Source: Thermomicrobiales bacterium
GTDB lineage: Bacteria; Chloroflexota; Chloroflexia; Thermomicrobiales; UBA6265
Reading direction: 5' to 3'
Length of the DNA stretch: 64,000 nt
Assembly: GCA_030447415.1 (NCBI GenBank)
Contig: JAUJOZ010000010.1
Span: 54,100 to 118,099 of the forward strand
In this document: piece by piece, positions 45,277-55,339 of the stretch
How the letters are laid out: every line of letters starts with the position of its first letter
How positions within the stretch are numbered: position 1 is the stretch's first letter
Notes under the pieces: model-generated
What the model saw: only the letters and a program-made list of their open reading frames with translations
Database searches by the model: none
What the model was told of the DNA's origin: nothing
Program-made: the position numbers and the translations under genes

Positions 45277-47841
45277 GTGAGCGAGAACACGGCCCCGCCG
45301 CGCCCGACGACCGACCCGCCGGCGACGGCTGGAGGCAACGGCGCGGCCGACGGCGATCCGGGACGCACCCCGGTTCAGCACTCCGGCACCCGTACCACCG
45401 TCCGGGAGGCGCCGCCAGCCGTTCACGGGACAACCGTCGGCCCGAGCAACAGCGCGGCGATCCGTCCGGCCGCGTCACCCGCCCCGGGATTGGCTGCGCC
45501 CGCGCGGCGGCCACGACGGGTGACGATCGAGATGGTGCTCTGGGCAGTACTCGTCGGCGTGGCGATCCTCACCCGCTTCTGGGACCTGGGCTCCCGCGCG
45601 CTCCACCACGACGAGAGCCTGCACGCGTACTACTCCTGGGGGTACGCTACGGGCGTGGACGACTACGTCCATCACCCCTTGATGCATGGTCCCTTTCTCT
45701 TCCATGCCAATGCACTCGTCTACCTTCTCTTCGGCGACTCGGACGCCACCAGCCGCTACATGCCGGCCCTCTTTGGTGTGGCGCTCGTTTGGTTGCCTTA
45801 TCTCCTGCGCGGCCCTCGGCACCTGGGGCAGTGGGGGGCACTGGCGGCCGGGGGCCTCATCCTGATCTCGCCAGCGCTGCTCTACCAGAGCCGGTATCTC
45901 CGCCACGACATCTACACCGTCGTCGGCTCGCTCGTGCTCTTCATCGGCATCGTTCGCTACTTGGAGCGACCGGAGCGGCGCTGGCTGATCACGGTCGGGG
46001 CGGCGCTCGGCTTCCTCCTCACCAACCACGAGATCGTCTTCGGCATCGCCGCCATCTTCGCCCTGGTCCTTTGGGGCGCGCTCCTCTGGGGCCGGCTGCG
46101 CCCGCTGGTGCCGCTCCAACTCGGGACCCTGGCGGCGGCCGGCGCCATGTGGATGTTCCTACCGGACATCCTGAACCGACCCCTTCCCACTATCCCGTGG
46201 GACTCCCCGACCCGCGAGGAGAGCAACCGGTACTACGTGGATCTCTTGACCCATCCCCTGATCCTCGGCATGGTGCTCCTGATCGTCGTCTTCGTCCTCG
46301 CCGCGCGCGCCATCTTGGCCGCACACCGCGATCCGGATCTGGAGCATGACGGCTGGCTCGCCTCGCTCTTCGCGGGCGCGCCGGACGGGTCGGTCGAGCG
46401 AGGGGTTCTCCATGCCTGGCGCGACCGGACCGGCCTCCTCATCGCGCTCGGGGTCGGCGGGGCGATCTTCGTCGTCCTCTACACCAGCCTCTTCTCGAAT
46501 ATGCGCGGGCTCTCCACCGGCACCGTCGCCACCAACGGCACGCTCTTCTACTGGCTCGGCCAGCACAACTACCGGCGCGGCAACCAGCCCTGGTTCTATT
46601 ACCTGCTCCTGATGCCCCAGTACGAGTTCTTCGCCATCCTCCTCGGCGGGGCGGCGACGCTACTCACCGTCTGGCGAGCTGGACGCGCCGCCCTGGGGCG
46701 TACGTTGAGCGCATTGGGCAGCGCGACGCTCTTCTTCCGGCTCTTCCTCGTCGTCTGGTTCGCCCTGATCTTCGGCATCCTCTCCTGGGCCGGTGAGAAG
46801 ATGCCCTGGTTGCTGACCCACATCACCCTACCCGCCACCCTCCTCGCCGCCTCACTCCTCGGCGAGCTGACGGAACGGGCCCTAGCACGGCGCCGTGAGC
46901 GGGTAGCTGCCGCTGGCGTGCCGACGGTCGGTGGCCGCGGGCGCTGGCGAGAGCCGGGGTTGGCGGTGGCGCTTCTGGTCGCCGCGGGGTGCTGGTTCTT
47001 GCTCGCCGCCCGGCTCTCCTACGGCGTGTTCACCCAGCCCGACGGGGGAGCCTGGGAGCGATCACTGACCCCGCGCACCCTGGACCGCTGGTGGTTCCTG
47101 GCGGTGCCACCCGCCGTGGCGCTGGTTCTCGTCGGCGCAAGCTGGGCCAGTCGTGGCGCCCGCCGGACCGGTTGGGCCGCCCTCGCCGCGTTGGTCATCG
47201 GCCTCGCCGTGCTCCAGATCCACGCCGGATGGCGCACCATCTACCTGGAAGGCGACATCCCGAAAGACATGCTGATCTACACCCAGACCTCGCCCGATGT
47301 CGCCCGCATGGTGCGCGAGTTGGGCCTACTTTCCGCCGAGCTGACGGGCGGCAAGGAGCTGACGATCTGGGAGGACCACGGCAACGAGGGGATCGCCTGG
47401 CCTTTGCAGTGGTACCTGCGCGACTTCACCAACCGGGACTTCTTCTCCGGCTCCATCTCGGGGCCGCCGGGCGACGCGGCGGTGCTGCTGGTCGCCGACC
47501 GCAACAAGGGTGGGGTTGAGCGCCACATGGACGGCTACACCGCTCAGCACTACATCCTCCGCTGGTGGTTCCCGGAGTACGAGATCTACCGGAACTTCGC
47601 CATCGCCCCTGAGCTCGATCCCGGCGCTTCAGCCTGGAAGAGATCCGACGAGCCCCATGACGTGCTCGCCATCGCCCGCTCGATCCGCGACAGTCTGGCG
47701 ACCCAGCTCGACCCGGAAGGTCAGCAGCGCGTCTACCGCCTCCTGATGTACCGAGATCTCCCGACCAGCATCGACGGCTACGGCTACACCCTCTACGTTC
47801 GCAACGATCTCGTGCCACTGCTCAACGGCATCCGTTACTGA
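45277..47841 (+). CDS. TIGR03663-like (Agl23/ArnT/PMT-like, GT-C type) polytopic membrane protein
   Basis: This is the real part of the 1251-aa ORF, which upstream is antisense to amt. Contains RFWDLGSRALHHDESLHAYYSW and many TM segments. The start is uncertain (GTG 45277 gives a Pro/Ala/Thr-rich leader; ATG 45532 is the minimum). Confidence 0.8.
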   Translation: MSENTAPPRPTTDPPATAGGNGAADGDPGRTPVQHSGTRTTVREAPPAVHGTTVGPSNSAAIRPAASPAPGLAAPARRPRRVTIEMVLWAVLVGVAILTRFWDLGSRALHHDESLHAYYSWGYATGVDDYVHHPLMHGPFLFHANALVYLLFGDSDATSRYMPALFGVALVWLPYLLRGPRHLGQWGALAAGGLILISPALLYQSRYLRHDIYTVVGSLVLFIGIVRYLERPERRWLITVGAALGFLLTNHEIVFGIAAIFALVLWGALLWGRLRPLVPLQLGTLAAAGAMWMFLPDILNRPLPTIPWDSPTREESNRYYVDLLTHPLILGMVLLIVVFVLAARAILAAHRDPDLEHDGWLASLFAGAPDGSVERGVLHAWRDRTGLLIALGVGGAIFVVLYTSLFSNMRGLSTGTVATNGTLFYWLGQHNYRRGNQPWFYYLLLMPQYEFFAILLGGAATLLTVWRAGRAALGRTLSALGSATLFFRLFLVVWFALIFGILSWAGEKMPWLLTHITLPATLLAASLLGELTERALARRRERVAAAGVPTVGGRGRWREPGLAVALLVAAGCWFLLAARLSYGVFTQPDGGAWERSLTPRTLDRWWFLAVPPAVALVLVGASWASRGARRTGWAALAALVIGLAVLQIHAGWRTIYLEGDIPKDMLIYTQTSPDVARMVRELGLLSAELTGGKELTIWEDHGNEGIAWPLQWYLRDFTNRDFFSGSISGPPGDAAVLLVADRNKGGVERHMDGYTAQHYILRWWFPEYEIYRNFAIAPELDPGASAWKRSDEPHDVLAIARSIRDSLATQLDPEGQQRVYRLLMYRDLPTSIDGYGYTLYVRNDLVPLLNGIRY

Positions 47842-47860
47842 CGGAGTCGCTAGGGACGAT

Positions 47861-50800
47861 TTGGTCGTCGGTAGGACCGCTGACGACCGACGCTCCAGCC
47901 CCGACTCCTCACTCCCTTCGGAGGACGATCGCGTGGACAGCTCGGCGTATGTGGACGAGGCAATCGCGGCGCGGGACGAGGCGGCGCCGACGTTCCTCGA
48001 CCGCACGCTCGACCTGGGCGCGGTGACGTGGGCGACCGTCGGCTGGGCCGTTGCAGCCCTGGTCGCCTTCACCCTTCGGTTCGCCAAGCTCGACGCCTTC
48101 GCACTCGGACCGGGGGAGGCGCATCGCGCCTACGACGCCTTCTCGCTGTACATCGGACGGCCGGGTGCACCGGGGAACGATCTTCCGACGGTGGCCCCGC
48201 TCACCCTTCTCCTCCAGGCGCTCGCCTTCTTCCTCTTCGGCACGACCGACGTCACGGCCCGCCTCGCGTCGGCGCTGCTGGGACTGGCCTTCGTGCCGCT
48301 CGCCTACGCGCTCCGGCCCTTCGTCGGCAAGCCGGCCGCGCTTGGCATGGCCGTCCTCGCGGCCTTTTCCCCGACGCTCGTCTACGCGTCTCGCACCGCC
48401 GACCCGGAGATCGCAGTCGCCGTCTTCGCACTCCTCCTCCTCGTCGCGGTCTTGCGTGCCGGGTTGCCGGCGGGCGAAGGCAGCGTCCGGCGCTGGGCGG
48501 TCACGGCGGGCATTGCCGCCGGCGCGATGCTGGCGTCCGGACCGAGCGCGGTCAGCGTCCTCCTGACCCTCGGTGCCGGTGCCGTGACTGCTCTCCTCGC
48601 CGACCGGGAGGGTGCCCTGCCGCAGGGTCTGCGGGTCCTCGCCCGTACGCCGGGAGCGCCCCTCGCCGCCCTGGCCGGGCTGGTCGCGACGCTCCTGACG
48701 CTCTTTACCCGCCTCTTCAGCGATCTCGACGCCATCGTCGGTCTCGGCCAGACATTCGCCGACTGGGGCCGGCTACTGGCGCGCCCCGGGGGCGCGGGTG
48801 ACACGCCGATCCAGTTCTTCCTGCTCGCCATCGTCCTGTACGAACCCCTGGCGCTCGCCCTGGCCGCGGTGGCGAGCCTGCGTGGGAGGCTCGGCCGCCC
48901 ACGGGGATTGGGGTGGCCCTTCTTCGCCGGCTGGTTTGGCGCCGCCCTGCTTCTCTGGAGTTTCAGCACCGGGCGCGCCCCGGAGCACGCGGTCCACGTC
49001 GCGCTCCCGCTGGTGCTCCTCGGCGGCGGCGTGCTGGGTGACCTCGTGGCGGCGCTCGACCGCCGCGACACTGTGCGCGGCCGCGGCGGCGCGCTCTTTC
49101 TCGTGCTGCTCGGGTTGGTCGTCGGCTTGATCTCGTTCGCTATCCTCGCCAGCCGGGTCGACGGTGTCGCCGAGGCCGATCGGACCGAGGCGCTGTTCCA
49201 GGTGATCATCGTCGGCGCGCTGGTCATTGTCCCGCTCGCCTACGTCGTCTTCACCCTTGTCGGCCTTGAGCGGCGGAGCGGACGCGCGCGGCAGCCGATG
49301 TTGCTGGCTCTCCTCGTCCTCACCTTGCTCCTCGGCGCCTTTACCCTGCGCTCGGCGGTTCGCCTCAATTTCTTTACCGCCGACGACGGCATCGAGCTCC
49401 TGGCCCAGCGGACAGCGACGAGCGCGGTCCGGCCGACCGTTGCCCGGCTCCAGCGCCTGTCCCGCGACGTGACAGTGGATGAGGGCTCGGTGCGCGACCC
49501 CCTCGGCGGGCGGGGTCTCTCGATCGCCGTCGATCGGGACGTGCAGTGGCCGTTCCGGTGGTATTTCCGCGAGTTTCCGGACTTCCAGGCCGTGCCACCG
49601 GGACAGGCCGCTCTCGCCGGGGCTCGGATTGCCATCGCACCCGACGACGCGGGGATGGCTGAGGCCGGCTACACGCCGAGCGAGCGGCCCTACGTCCACC
49701 GGGTGCCCGGCGCCTACCAGGCGCCCGACACGGGAGACCTCCTCGCCGACCTCGTCCAGCCGGGCCGCTGGCTCGACGCCGCCCGCTACCTTCTGTACCG
49801 CGAAGGGTTGGAAGAGGCGGACCCGCAAACGGTCGCGATCGGGCTGGACGCCGACCTGGCGGCGCGGCTGTTGCCATTCAGCCGGCCGTACAACCTGACC
49901 GAGCGTCCAGGGCCGGGGACCGGCCGTGGGCAGTTCAACCAACCGATAGGGGTGGCGGTCGCCCCCGACAACGGGGCTATCTACGTCGTCGACAGCAGCA
50001 ACCGGCGCATTGAGCGCTTCGACGCCGACGGCAGCTTTGTCGACATCCTCGCCGAAGGCGGCGACGTCGAGCTGGGCACGCTCGAGACGAACACTGGAGT
50101 GATCGGCCCAACCGGGATCGCCGTCGGCCCAGACGGCTTGATCTACGTGCCCGACACCTGGAACCATCGCGTCTTGGTGCTGAGCCAGAGCGGGGACCTG
50201 GTGCGCGAGTTCGGCGGCAACGCCGACACCCGTGACGCCCCCGCCGCCGCGGACATCGAGCAGGGTCGCTTCTTCGGACCCCGCGCGGTCGCCGTCACCG
50301 AGGACGAGATCTTCGTCGTCGACACCGGCAACGAGCGGGTCCAGGTCTTTGCCAAGGACGGCACTTTCCGCCGGGCGTGGGGCGGCTATGGCAGCGCGCC
50401 GGAGCAGCTGATCGAGCCGGTCGGGATCGCCCTGGGGCCGGACGGTCGGGTTTACATCGCTGACTCCGGCAACGCCCGGATCAGCGTCTTTGCCCCCGAC
50501 GGCGCGCCGCTCGCGCAGTTCCCGGTAGGCGCGTGGGTCGGCAAGGCCTACTTCCAGCCCTACCTGGCCTTTGGCGCCGACGGCAACCTCTACGCCACAT
50601 CCTCGGAAACCGGCAGCGTCGAGGTCTTCGCCCCTGATGGCGCCCCGGTCGGATCCGTGACTCAGATCGGCGGCGAGCCACTCCAGCAACCGATCGGGAT
50701 CGCCGCGGCCCTGGACGGGACGCTCCTCATCACCGACGTTGGCCGGGACGCCGTCTTCCGCTACGCGCCGCCGCAGCCCTCACCCGCCGAGCAGCCGGCC

Positions 50801-50884
50801 AATCAGCCGGCCGGCGCGAACCCGGCGTCACCGCCGGCCACCGGCCCGCTGCCGAACCCGCCGATCCTGGGAGGGAACGGATAG
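47861..50884 (+). CDS. divergent TIGR03663-like membrane domain fused to a C-terminal NHL-repeat beta-propeller
   Basis: About 640 aa of polytopic membrane region (FTLRFAKLDAFALGPGEAHRAYDAF...). From about nt 49928 there are repeated NHL units (GQFNQPIGVAVAP..IYVVDSSNRRIERFD; GPTGIAVGPDGLIYVPDTWNHRVLV; IFVVDTGNERVQVF; VYIADSGNARISVF). Confidence 0.85.
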   Translation: MVVGRTADDRRSSPDSSLPSEDDRVDSSAYVDEAIAARDEAAPTFLDRTLDLGAVTWATVGWAVAALVAFTLRFAKLDAFALGPGEAHRAYDAFSLYIGRPGAPGNDLPTVAPLTLLLQALAFFLFGTTDVTARLASALLGLAFVPLAYALRPFVGKPAALGMAVLAAFSPTLVYASRTADPEIAVAVFALLLLVAVLRAGLPAGEGSVRRWAVTAGIAAGAMLASGPSAVSVLLTLGAGAVTALLADREGALPQGLRVLARTPGAPLAALAGLVATLLTLFTRLFSDLDAIVGLGQTFADWGRLLARPGGAGDTPIQFFLLAIVLYEPLALALAAVASLRGRLGRPRGLGWPFFAGWFGAALLLWSFSTGRAPEHAVHVALPLVLLGGGVLGDLVAALDRRDTVRGRGGALFLVLLGLVVGLISFAILASRVDGVAEADRTEALFQVIIVGALVIVPLAYVVFTLVGLERRSGRARQPMLLALLVLTLLLGAFTLRSAVRLNFFTADDGIELLAQRTATSAVRPTVARLQRLSRDVTVDEGSVRDPLGGRGLSIAVDRDVQWPFRWYFREFPDFQAVPPGQAALAGARIAIAPDDAGMAEAGYTPSERPYVHRVPGAYQAPDTGDLLADLVQPGRWLDAARYLLYREGLEEADPQTVAIGLDADLAARLLPFSRPYNLTERPGPGTGRGQFNQPIGVAVAPDNGAIYVVDSSNRRIERFDADGSFVDILAEGGDVELGTLETNTGVIGPTGIAVGPDGLIYVPDTWNHRVLVLSQSGDLVREFGGNADTRDAPAAADIEQGRFFGPRAVAVTEDEIFVVDTGNERVQVFAKDGTFRRAWGGYGSAPEQLIEPVGIALGPDGRVYIADSGNARISVFAPDGAPLAQFPVGAWVGKAYFQPYLAFGADGNLYATSSETGSVEVFAPDGAPVGSVTQIGGEPLQQPIGIAAALDGTLLITDVGRDAVFRYAPPQPSPAEQPANQPAGANPASPPATGPLPNPPILGGNG

Positions 50885-50939
50885 GGCGATGATGAGCTAG
50901 GGCGCCGGCGCAACGTCTCCTTCCGGGGGCTGATGGCTT

Positions 50940-51242
50940 TCAATCCCCGTATGGGATCAACTCCGTCTCGACCTCGCCCAATACCCCCATCTCGACGCGG
51001 CGCTCGATGAACCGGACGACGGTGGCGAGCATCTCATCGGCATGCGGTGCGCTGTTGCTGACGCAGACCACGCCAAGCGTTGCCACCCGCATGTCGCCCA
51101 TGTCGGCCACTTCCGCGATGCCGACGTTGAACTGGTTCCGCACCCGCTGGGTGAGGGAGCGGACGACGTGGCGCTTGTCTTTGAGAGAGAAGCTCCCCTC
51201 GAGGTAGAGCGTAACTCGCGCTACGCCGATCGTCATCGCCAC
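50940..51242 (-). CDS. DUF503 (YlxP-like) family protein
   Basis: 100 aa. MTIGVARVTLYLEGSFSLKDKRHVVRSL...RNQFNVGIAEV... is typical of DUF503. Confidence 0.85.
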   Translation of the reverse strand: MAMTIGVARVTLYLEGSFSLKDKRHVVRSLTQRVRNQFNVGIAEVADMGDMRVATLGVVCVSNSAPHADEMLATVVRFIERRVEMGVLGEVETELIPYGD

Positions 51243-51252
51243 AGACCGGACC

Positions 51253-51789
51253 TCAGGCGTCGACGACGGCGGTGAGCCGTGTCGCCAGGTAGCGGGTGCG
51301 GTCCCCCTCCAAGGCCCAGATCCAGGCGAGGCCGCGGTCGGCGGCGATCAGGGCGGTCGCATCGTTGAAGCGGGCGGCGAGCGCGGGCTCGACGCCGAAC
51401 AGGTCGCACAGCTCCCGGTCAGGGAACCCCGTAGTCACCGCCTCCGCGCGCTCCGATCCAAGCTCGACGGACACCACCTCGGCGCCTAGCGAGCGGAAGT
51501 TCGTCAGCATCGCGTCCATAAACTCGGCGGCGTCCCACGCCCGCGGCGCGCCCCAGGCCCGCGCGAACAGCCGGCCGATCGCGTCGGTCCACGCCTCCAA
51601 TGGCACCCCGCGCTCGTGGAGGAATGCCACGGTCGCGATCACGGCCGCCTGGGCGTTGGCCCGCGCCTGCTGCAGCAACTCCTCCGCTGTGTACTCGGCG
51701 TGCCCGTGCTCGATCTCGACCTCGAATCCGACATCGTCGGTCATCGCTTCCTCATGCGCCAACATCGCCCTGGCAGAGCTACGGCCCAT
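51253..51789 (-). CDS. hypothetical protein
   Basis: 178-aa ORF, co-directional and 10 nt from the DUF503 gene. Protein-like composition, no family recognised. The start may be ATG 51744. Confidence 0.65.
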   Translation of the reverse strand: MGRSSARAMLAHEEAMTDDVGFEVEIEHGHAEYTAEELLQQARANAQAAVIATVAFLHERGVPLEAWTDAIGRLFARAWGAPRAWDAAEFMDAMLTNFRSLGAEVVSVELGSERAEAVTTGFPDRELCDLFGVEPALAARFNDATALIAADRGLAWIWALEGDRTRYLATRLTAVVDA

Positions 51790-51913
51790 ACCTTAGGGCA
51801 ACCAACTGCCCGCTCGGCGGTCGCCGCCCATGGACCGACCGCTGTCCTATGATGGCGGGCAAGACGAGACATGCGTCGCTCTGGCAACCACCCGCCGCCT
51901 GCCGTCTGCCGCC

Positions 51914-53062
51914 TCAGATGACGTTGTGCTCCTGCGCCAGCGCCCCTTCGGCGAACCGGGTGGGGCGGAACGGCGCGATGTCGACCGTTTTCGCCGCACC
52001 GTCGCAGATCAACTCGGCGATGCAGGTCCCGATCGCCGGTCCCTGCATGAAGCCGTGGCCGCTGAAGCCGGCGGCCACGAGGAGTCCCGCCGGTTCGCCG
52101 ACGTCGCCCAGGAGCGGATTGTCGTCCGGGGTGATCTCGTAGAACCCTGCCCAGCCGCGCATCACGCTCGCCTCCTCGAAGGCCGGCACGCGCGCCACCA
52201 GCGCCTCTACCGTCGTCAGCATCCACCCCTCATCGACCGTCTTGTCGAACGTGCTCGGCTCGGCCCGGTTCGCCATGCCAAAGAGAAAGCCGCGGCTCTC
52301 CGGGTGAACGTAGAGGCCGGTAGTGAACTCGATCGTCATCGGCAGGGACGGCGGCAGACGGTCGAACGGCTCGGTGATGAAGCTCATCCGGCGGTAGGGA
52401 TCGATCGGGAGGTCGACGCCGGCCATCGCGCCGACCTGCCGCGTCTGCGGCCCGGCGCACAGGATCACGGTCGGGGCGGCAATCTCGCCCCGCGGGGTGG
52501 AAACCCCCCACACGCGACCAGCCTCGACGCCAATGCCGGTGACGGGAGTCTCCTCTTCGATCGCGACACCTAAGCGCCGCGCGGCCTGGGCGAACCCCAT
52601 CGTCGCGGCCGAGGTATCGGCCCACCCATCCTCCGGGCAGAAGGTGCCGCCGAGGACATCGTCCAGCTCGATGAACGGGTTGAGCTCGGCGATCTCCGCC
52701 GGCGTGACCCAGCGCGCCGGGACGCCCAGGCCCTGCTGCAACGCCAGGTTGCGCCGGAAGACCGGTTCCTCGGCCGGGTCGGTGAGGAGGAAGAGGTAGC
52801 CCTGTTGGCGGAGCCCGATGTCGACGCCGAAGCGCTCCGCGAATGTCTCCCACACCCTGACGCTGTAGGTGGCCAGCCGGACGTTGGTCTCGGTCGAGAA
52901 CTGCTGGCGGATGCCGCCCGCGGCGTCGGCCGTCGCCCCCCGACCTATGGCGTCCCGTTCCAGGACGACGACGTCGGTGAGGCCGCGCTCGGCTAGCGCG
53001 TGGGCGATGGCGCACCCCATGATCCCCGCGCCGACGATGACGGCTTCGGCGGTCGTACGCAC
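51914..53062 (-). CDS. FAD-dependent oxidoreductase (DAO family; sarcosine oxidase beta / glycine oxidase-like)
   Basis: Probable GTG start at 53062, 7 nt after GGGAG. Dinucleotide fold AVIVGAGIMGCAIAHALAERG. C-terminal GFSGHGF. Confidence 0.88.
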   Translation of the reverse strand: MRTTAEAVIVGAGIMGCAIAHALAERGLTDVVVLERDAIGRGATADAAGGIRQQFSTETNVRLATYSVRVWETFAERFGVDIGLRQQGYLFLLTDPAEEPVFRRNLALQQGLGVPARWVTPAEIAELNPFIELDDVLGGTFCPEDGWADTSAATMGFAQAARRLGVAIEEETPVTGIGVEAGRVWGVSTPRGEIAAPTVILCAGPQTRQVGAMAGVDLPIDPYRRMSFITEPFDRLPPSLPMTIEFTTGLYVHPESRGFLFGMANRAEPSTFDKTVDEGWMLTTVEALVARVPAFEEASVMRGWAGFYEITPDDNPLLGDVGEPAGLLVAAGFSGHGFMQGPAIGTCIAELICDGAAKTVDIAPFRPTRFAEGALAQEHNVI

Positions 53063-53277
53063 GACAACGCTCCCTGCGAACGCCCCCGAGTCCCCTAGGT
53101 CCAGGCGGCGGCTGGTTCCCGCCAACGTTGAGGGGGCCGGGACTTCGACGACGCCGATTATCGCGCCAGCCGCCGCCCCGAACCAGCGGAGTCCTCCTGG
53201 GGCCGTTGACGCCCTCCCCTTACCCGGCATACGCTGCCGCCGTTGCGATATCCGGGGCTAGGCGAGGAGGAGCACCC

Positions 53278-54858
53278 TTGGCAGCGGCACAGTTCGACGC
53301 GGTCATCGTCGGCGGCGGGCACAATGGGCTGGTGGCCGCCTGCTACCTAGCGCAAGCCGACTTCTCGGTCTGCGTCCTGGAACGCTACAAGACCGTCGGC
53401 GGCGCGGCGATCACCGAGGAGATCGACCCCGTCAATGCCCCGGGCTGGCGCCTGTCAATTGGCTCCTACGTCCTCTCCTTGATGCCCCGCTCTATCCTCG
53501 ACGAGCTCGGCGCGTGGCAGCACGGGGTCGAGCTCATCCGGCGCAACCCGCGCTTCTTTATGCCCTTCCCCGACGGCCAGCACATCATTAGCTGGGAGGA
53601 TGAGGACCGCTTCCTGGAGGAGATCGCCAAGTTCTCCAAGAAAGACGCCGAGAACTACCCGCGCTACGACGCCTTCGTCGAGCACACGGCGCGGGTGATG
53701 GACCGGTACATCCTCCGCCAGCCGCCGACCTTCGCTGAGTTCGCCGCCGAGTTCCGCACGACCGAAGAAGCCAAGATCTTCCAGAAGATGATCCTCGGCT
53801 CGGCGGCGGACGTGGCCGAGTACTTCTTCGAAAGCGAGCAGATGCAGGCCGTCGTCTCCGGACTTGGCTTGATCGGCACCTTCCGCGGGCCCCGCGACGC
53901 CGGTACCGCGTACGTCAAGCTCTACCACACGATGGGCAACGTCACGGGCCGACGCGGGCAGTGGGCCTATGTCCGCGGCGCGATGGGCACGGTCACCCAG
54001 GCCCTGGCGACGGTCGCCCGCGGCCTAGGGGTCACGATCCGGGAGAGCGCTGAGGTCTCGGAGGTCTGCATCGCCGACGGCCGCGCCACCGGCGTCGCTA
54101 CGGTGGGTGGGGAGGAGATCCGAGCCAAGATCGTCCTCTCCAACGCCGATCCGAAGCGGACCTACCTCACACTCGTCGACCGCGCCGAGTTGCCCGCCGA
54201 GTTCGTGCGCGACATTGAGGCAATCCTGATTGACTCACCGGTGATGAAGCTGAACCTGGCGCTGGAGGAGCTGCCGCACTTCACCGCCCTCGACGGGAGC
54301 GACCAAGGGCTGGCGCGGACCGGCGGCGTCTTCATTGGTCCGTCCGTCGACTACCTGCAGCGGGCGTACGAGGACGCGCGCAACGGTCGCCCCTCCGACT
54401 ACCCGATGATGAGCGTCCACATGCAGTCGGCGGTCGACCCCAGCGTGGCCCCGCCCGGCAAGCACACCCTGTCGATCTTCACCCAGTACTACCCGTACCA
54501 GTTGGGCGAGGGGACCTGGGATGAGCGGCGGGACGAGATCGCCGACCACGCCATGGCACGCTTCGCCGAGTACGCCCCGAACATCACCGACGCGGTCGTC
54601 GCCCGCCAAGTCCTTGGCCCGCCCGACCTTGAGGCCCGCTTCGGTCTGACCGGCGGCCACATCTTCCAGGGCGAGCTGGTCCCCGAGCAGGCCTTCGATC
54701 TGCGCCCCGTCCCCGGCAGCAAGACCTACGAGGGACCGATCCAGGGGCTCTATCTGTGCGGCGCGGGCGCCTGGCCCGGCGGCTGCGTCATGGGCGCCCC
54801 CGGCCACAACGCCGCCCACGAAGCGATCGCCAACCTGAAGGCCGGGCGCTACAACTGA
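53278..54858 (+). CDS. phytoene desaturase-family NAD(P)/FAD-dependent oxidoreductase (CrtI-like, COG1233)
   Basis: TTG 53278 after GAGGAGGA. FDAVIVGGGHNGLVAACYLA and C-terminal GLYLCGAGAWPGGCV. Confidence 0.88.
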   Translation: MAAAQFDAVIVGGGHNGLVAACYLAQADFSVCVLERYKTVGGAAITEEIDPVNAPGWRLSIGSYVLSLMPRSILDELGAWQHGVELIRRNPRFFMPFPDGQHIISWEDEDRFLEEIAKFSKKDAENYPRYDAFVEHTARVMDRYILRQPPTFAEFAAEFRTTEEAKIFQKMILGSAADVAEYFFESEQMQAVVSGLGLIGTFRGPRDAGTAYVKLYHTMGNVTGRRGQWAYVRGAMGTVTQALATVARGLGVTIRESAEVSEVCIADGRATGVATVGGEEIRAKIVLSNADPKRTYLTLVDRAELPAEFVRDIEAILIDSPVMKLNLALEELPHFTALDGSDQGLARTGGVFIGPSVDYLQRAYEDARNGRPSDYPMMSVHMQSAVDPSVAPPGKHTLSIFTQYYPYQLGEGTWDERRDEIADHAMARFAEYAPNITDAVVARQVLGPPDLEARFGLTGGHIFQGELVPEQAFDLRPVPGSKTYEGPIQGLYLCGAGAWPGGCVMGAPGHNAAHEAIANLKAGRYN

Positions 54859-54889
54859 GGCCGGGCCTAAGGGCCACAGAGGGGCGCTG

Positions 54890-55339
54890 GTGGCAGACTC
54901 GTTCCAGAAGCTCACCGAGGAAGCTCACCAGGCCGTCGCCCTCGCTCACGAGGAGGCGCGGCGTCTTAACCAGCCGTACGTTGGCACGGAGCATCTCCTC
55001 CTTGGCCTCCTCGGCGACAGCGACGGGGTCGCGGCGCGGTCCCTCCGCCACCTAGGGATTGAGCCGGTAAGCGTCCGGGCGGCGGTGGAGTTCATCTTCG
55101 GCCAGGGCCAAGGGGCGGTCGAGGGCAAGACCGAGATGAGTCCGCTCGCGGCGCGCGTACTGAAGCGCGCGGCGCACGAGGCTCGCCGGCTGAACCACCC
55201 GCACGTTGACAGCGGGCACCTCATCCTGGCACTCGTGCGCGAAGGGGGACGCGGCGCCGCGGTGCTGACGATCCTCGGCGTCAACCAAGAGCGACTCCGG
55301 ATGCGGCTTGTCGCGGACCTTGGCGGGCAGGCGGGATAG
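54890..55339 (+). CDS. Clp amino-terminal (Clp_N repeat) domain protein, stand-alone
   Basis: Two Clp_N repeats: AHEEARRLNQPYVGTEHLLLGLL and AAHEARRLNHPHVDSGHLILALV. 149 aa. Confidence 0.85.
   Translation: MADSFQKLTEEAHQAVALAHEEARRLNQPYVGTEHLLLGLLGDSDGVAARSLRHLGIEPVSVRAAVEFIFGQGQGAVEGKTEMSPLAARVLKRAAHEARRLNHPHVDSGHLILALVREGGRGAAVLTILGVNQERLRMRLVADLGGQAG

Noticed and set aside
48773-50689. 638-aa minus-strand ORF
   Set aside because: It is antisense to the membrane/NHL fusion gene. Low-complexity Arg/Gly/Asp-rich translation.
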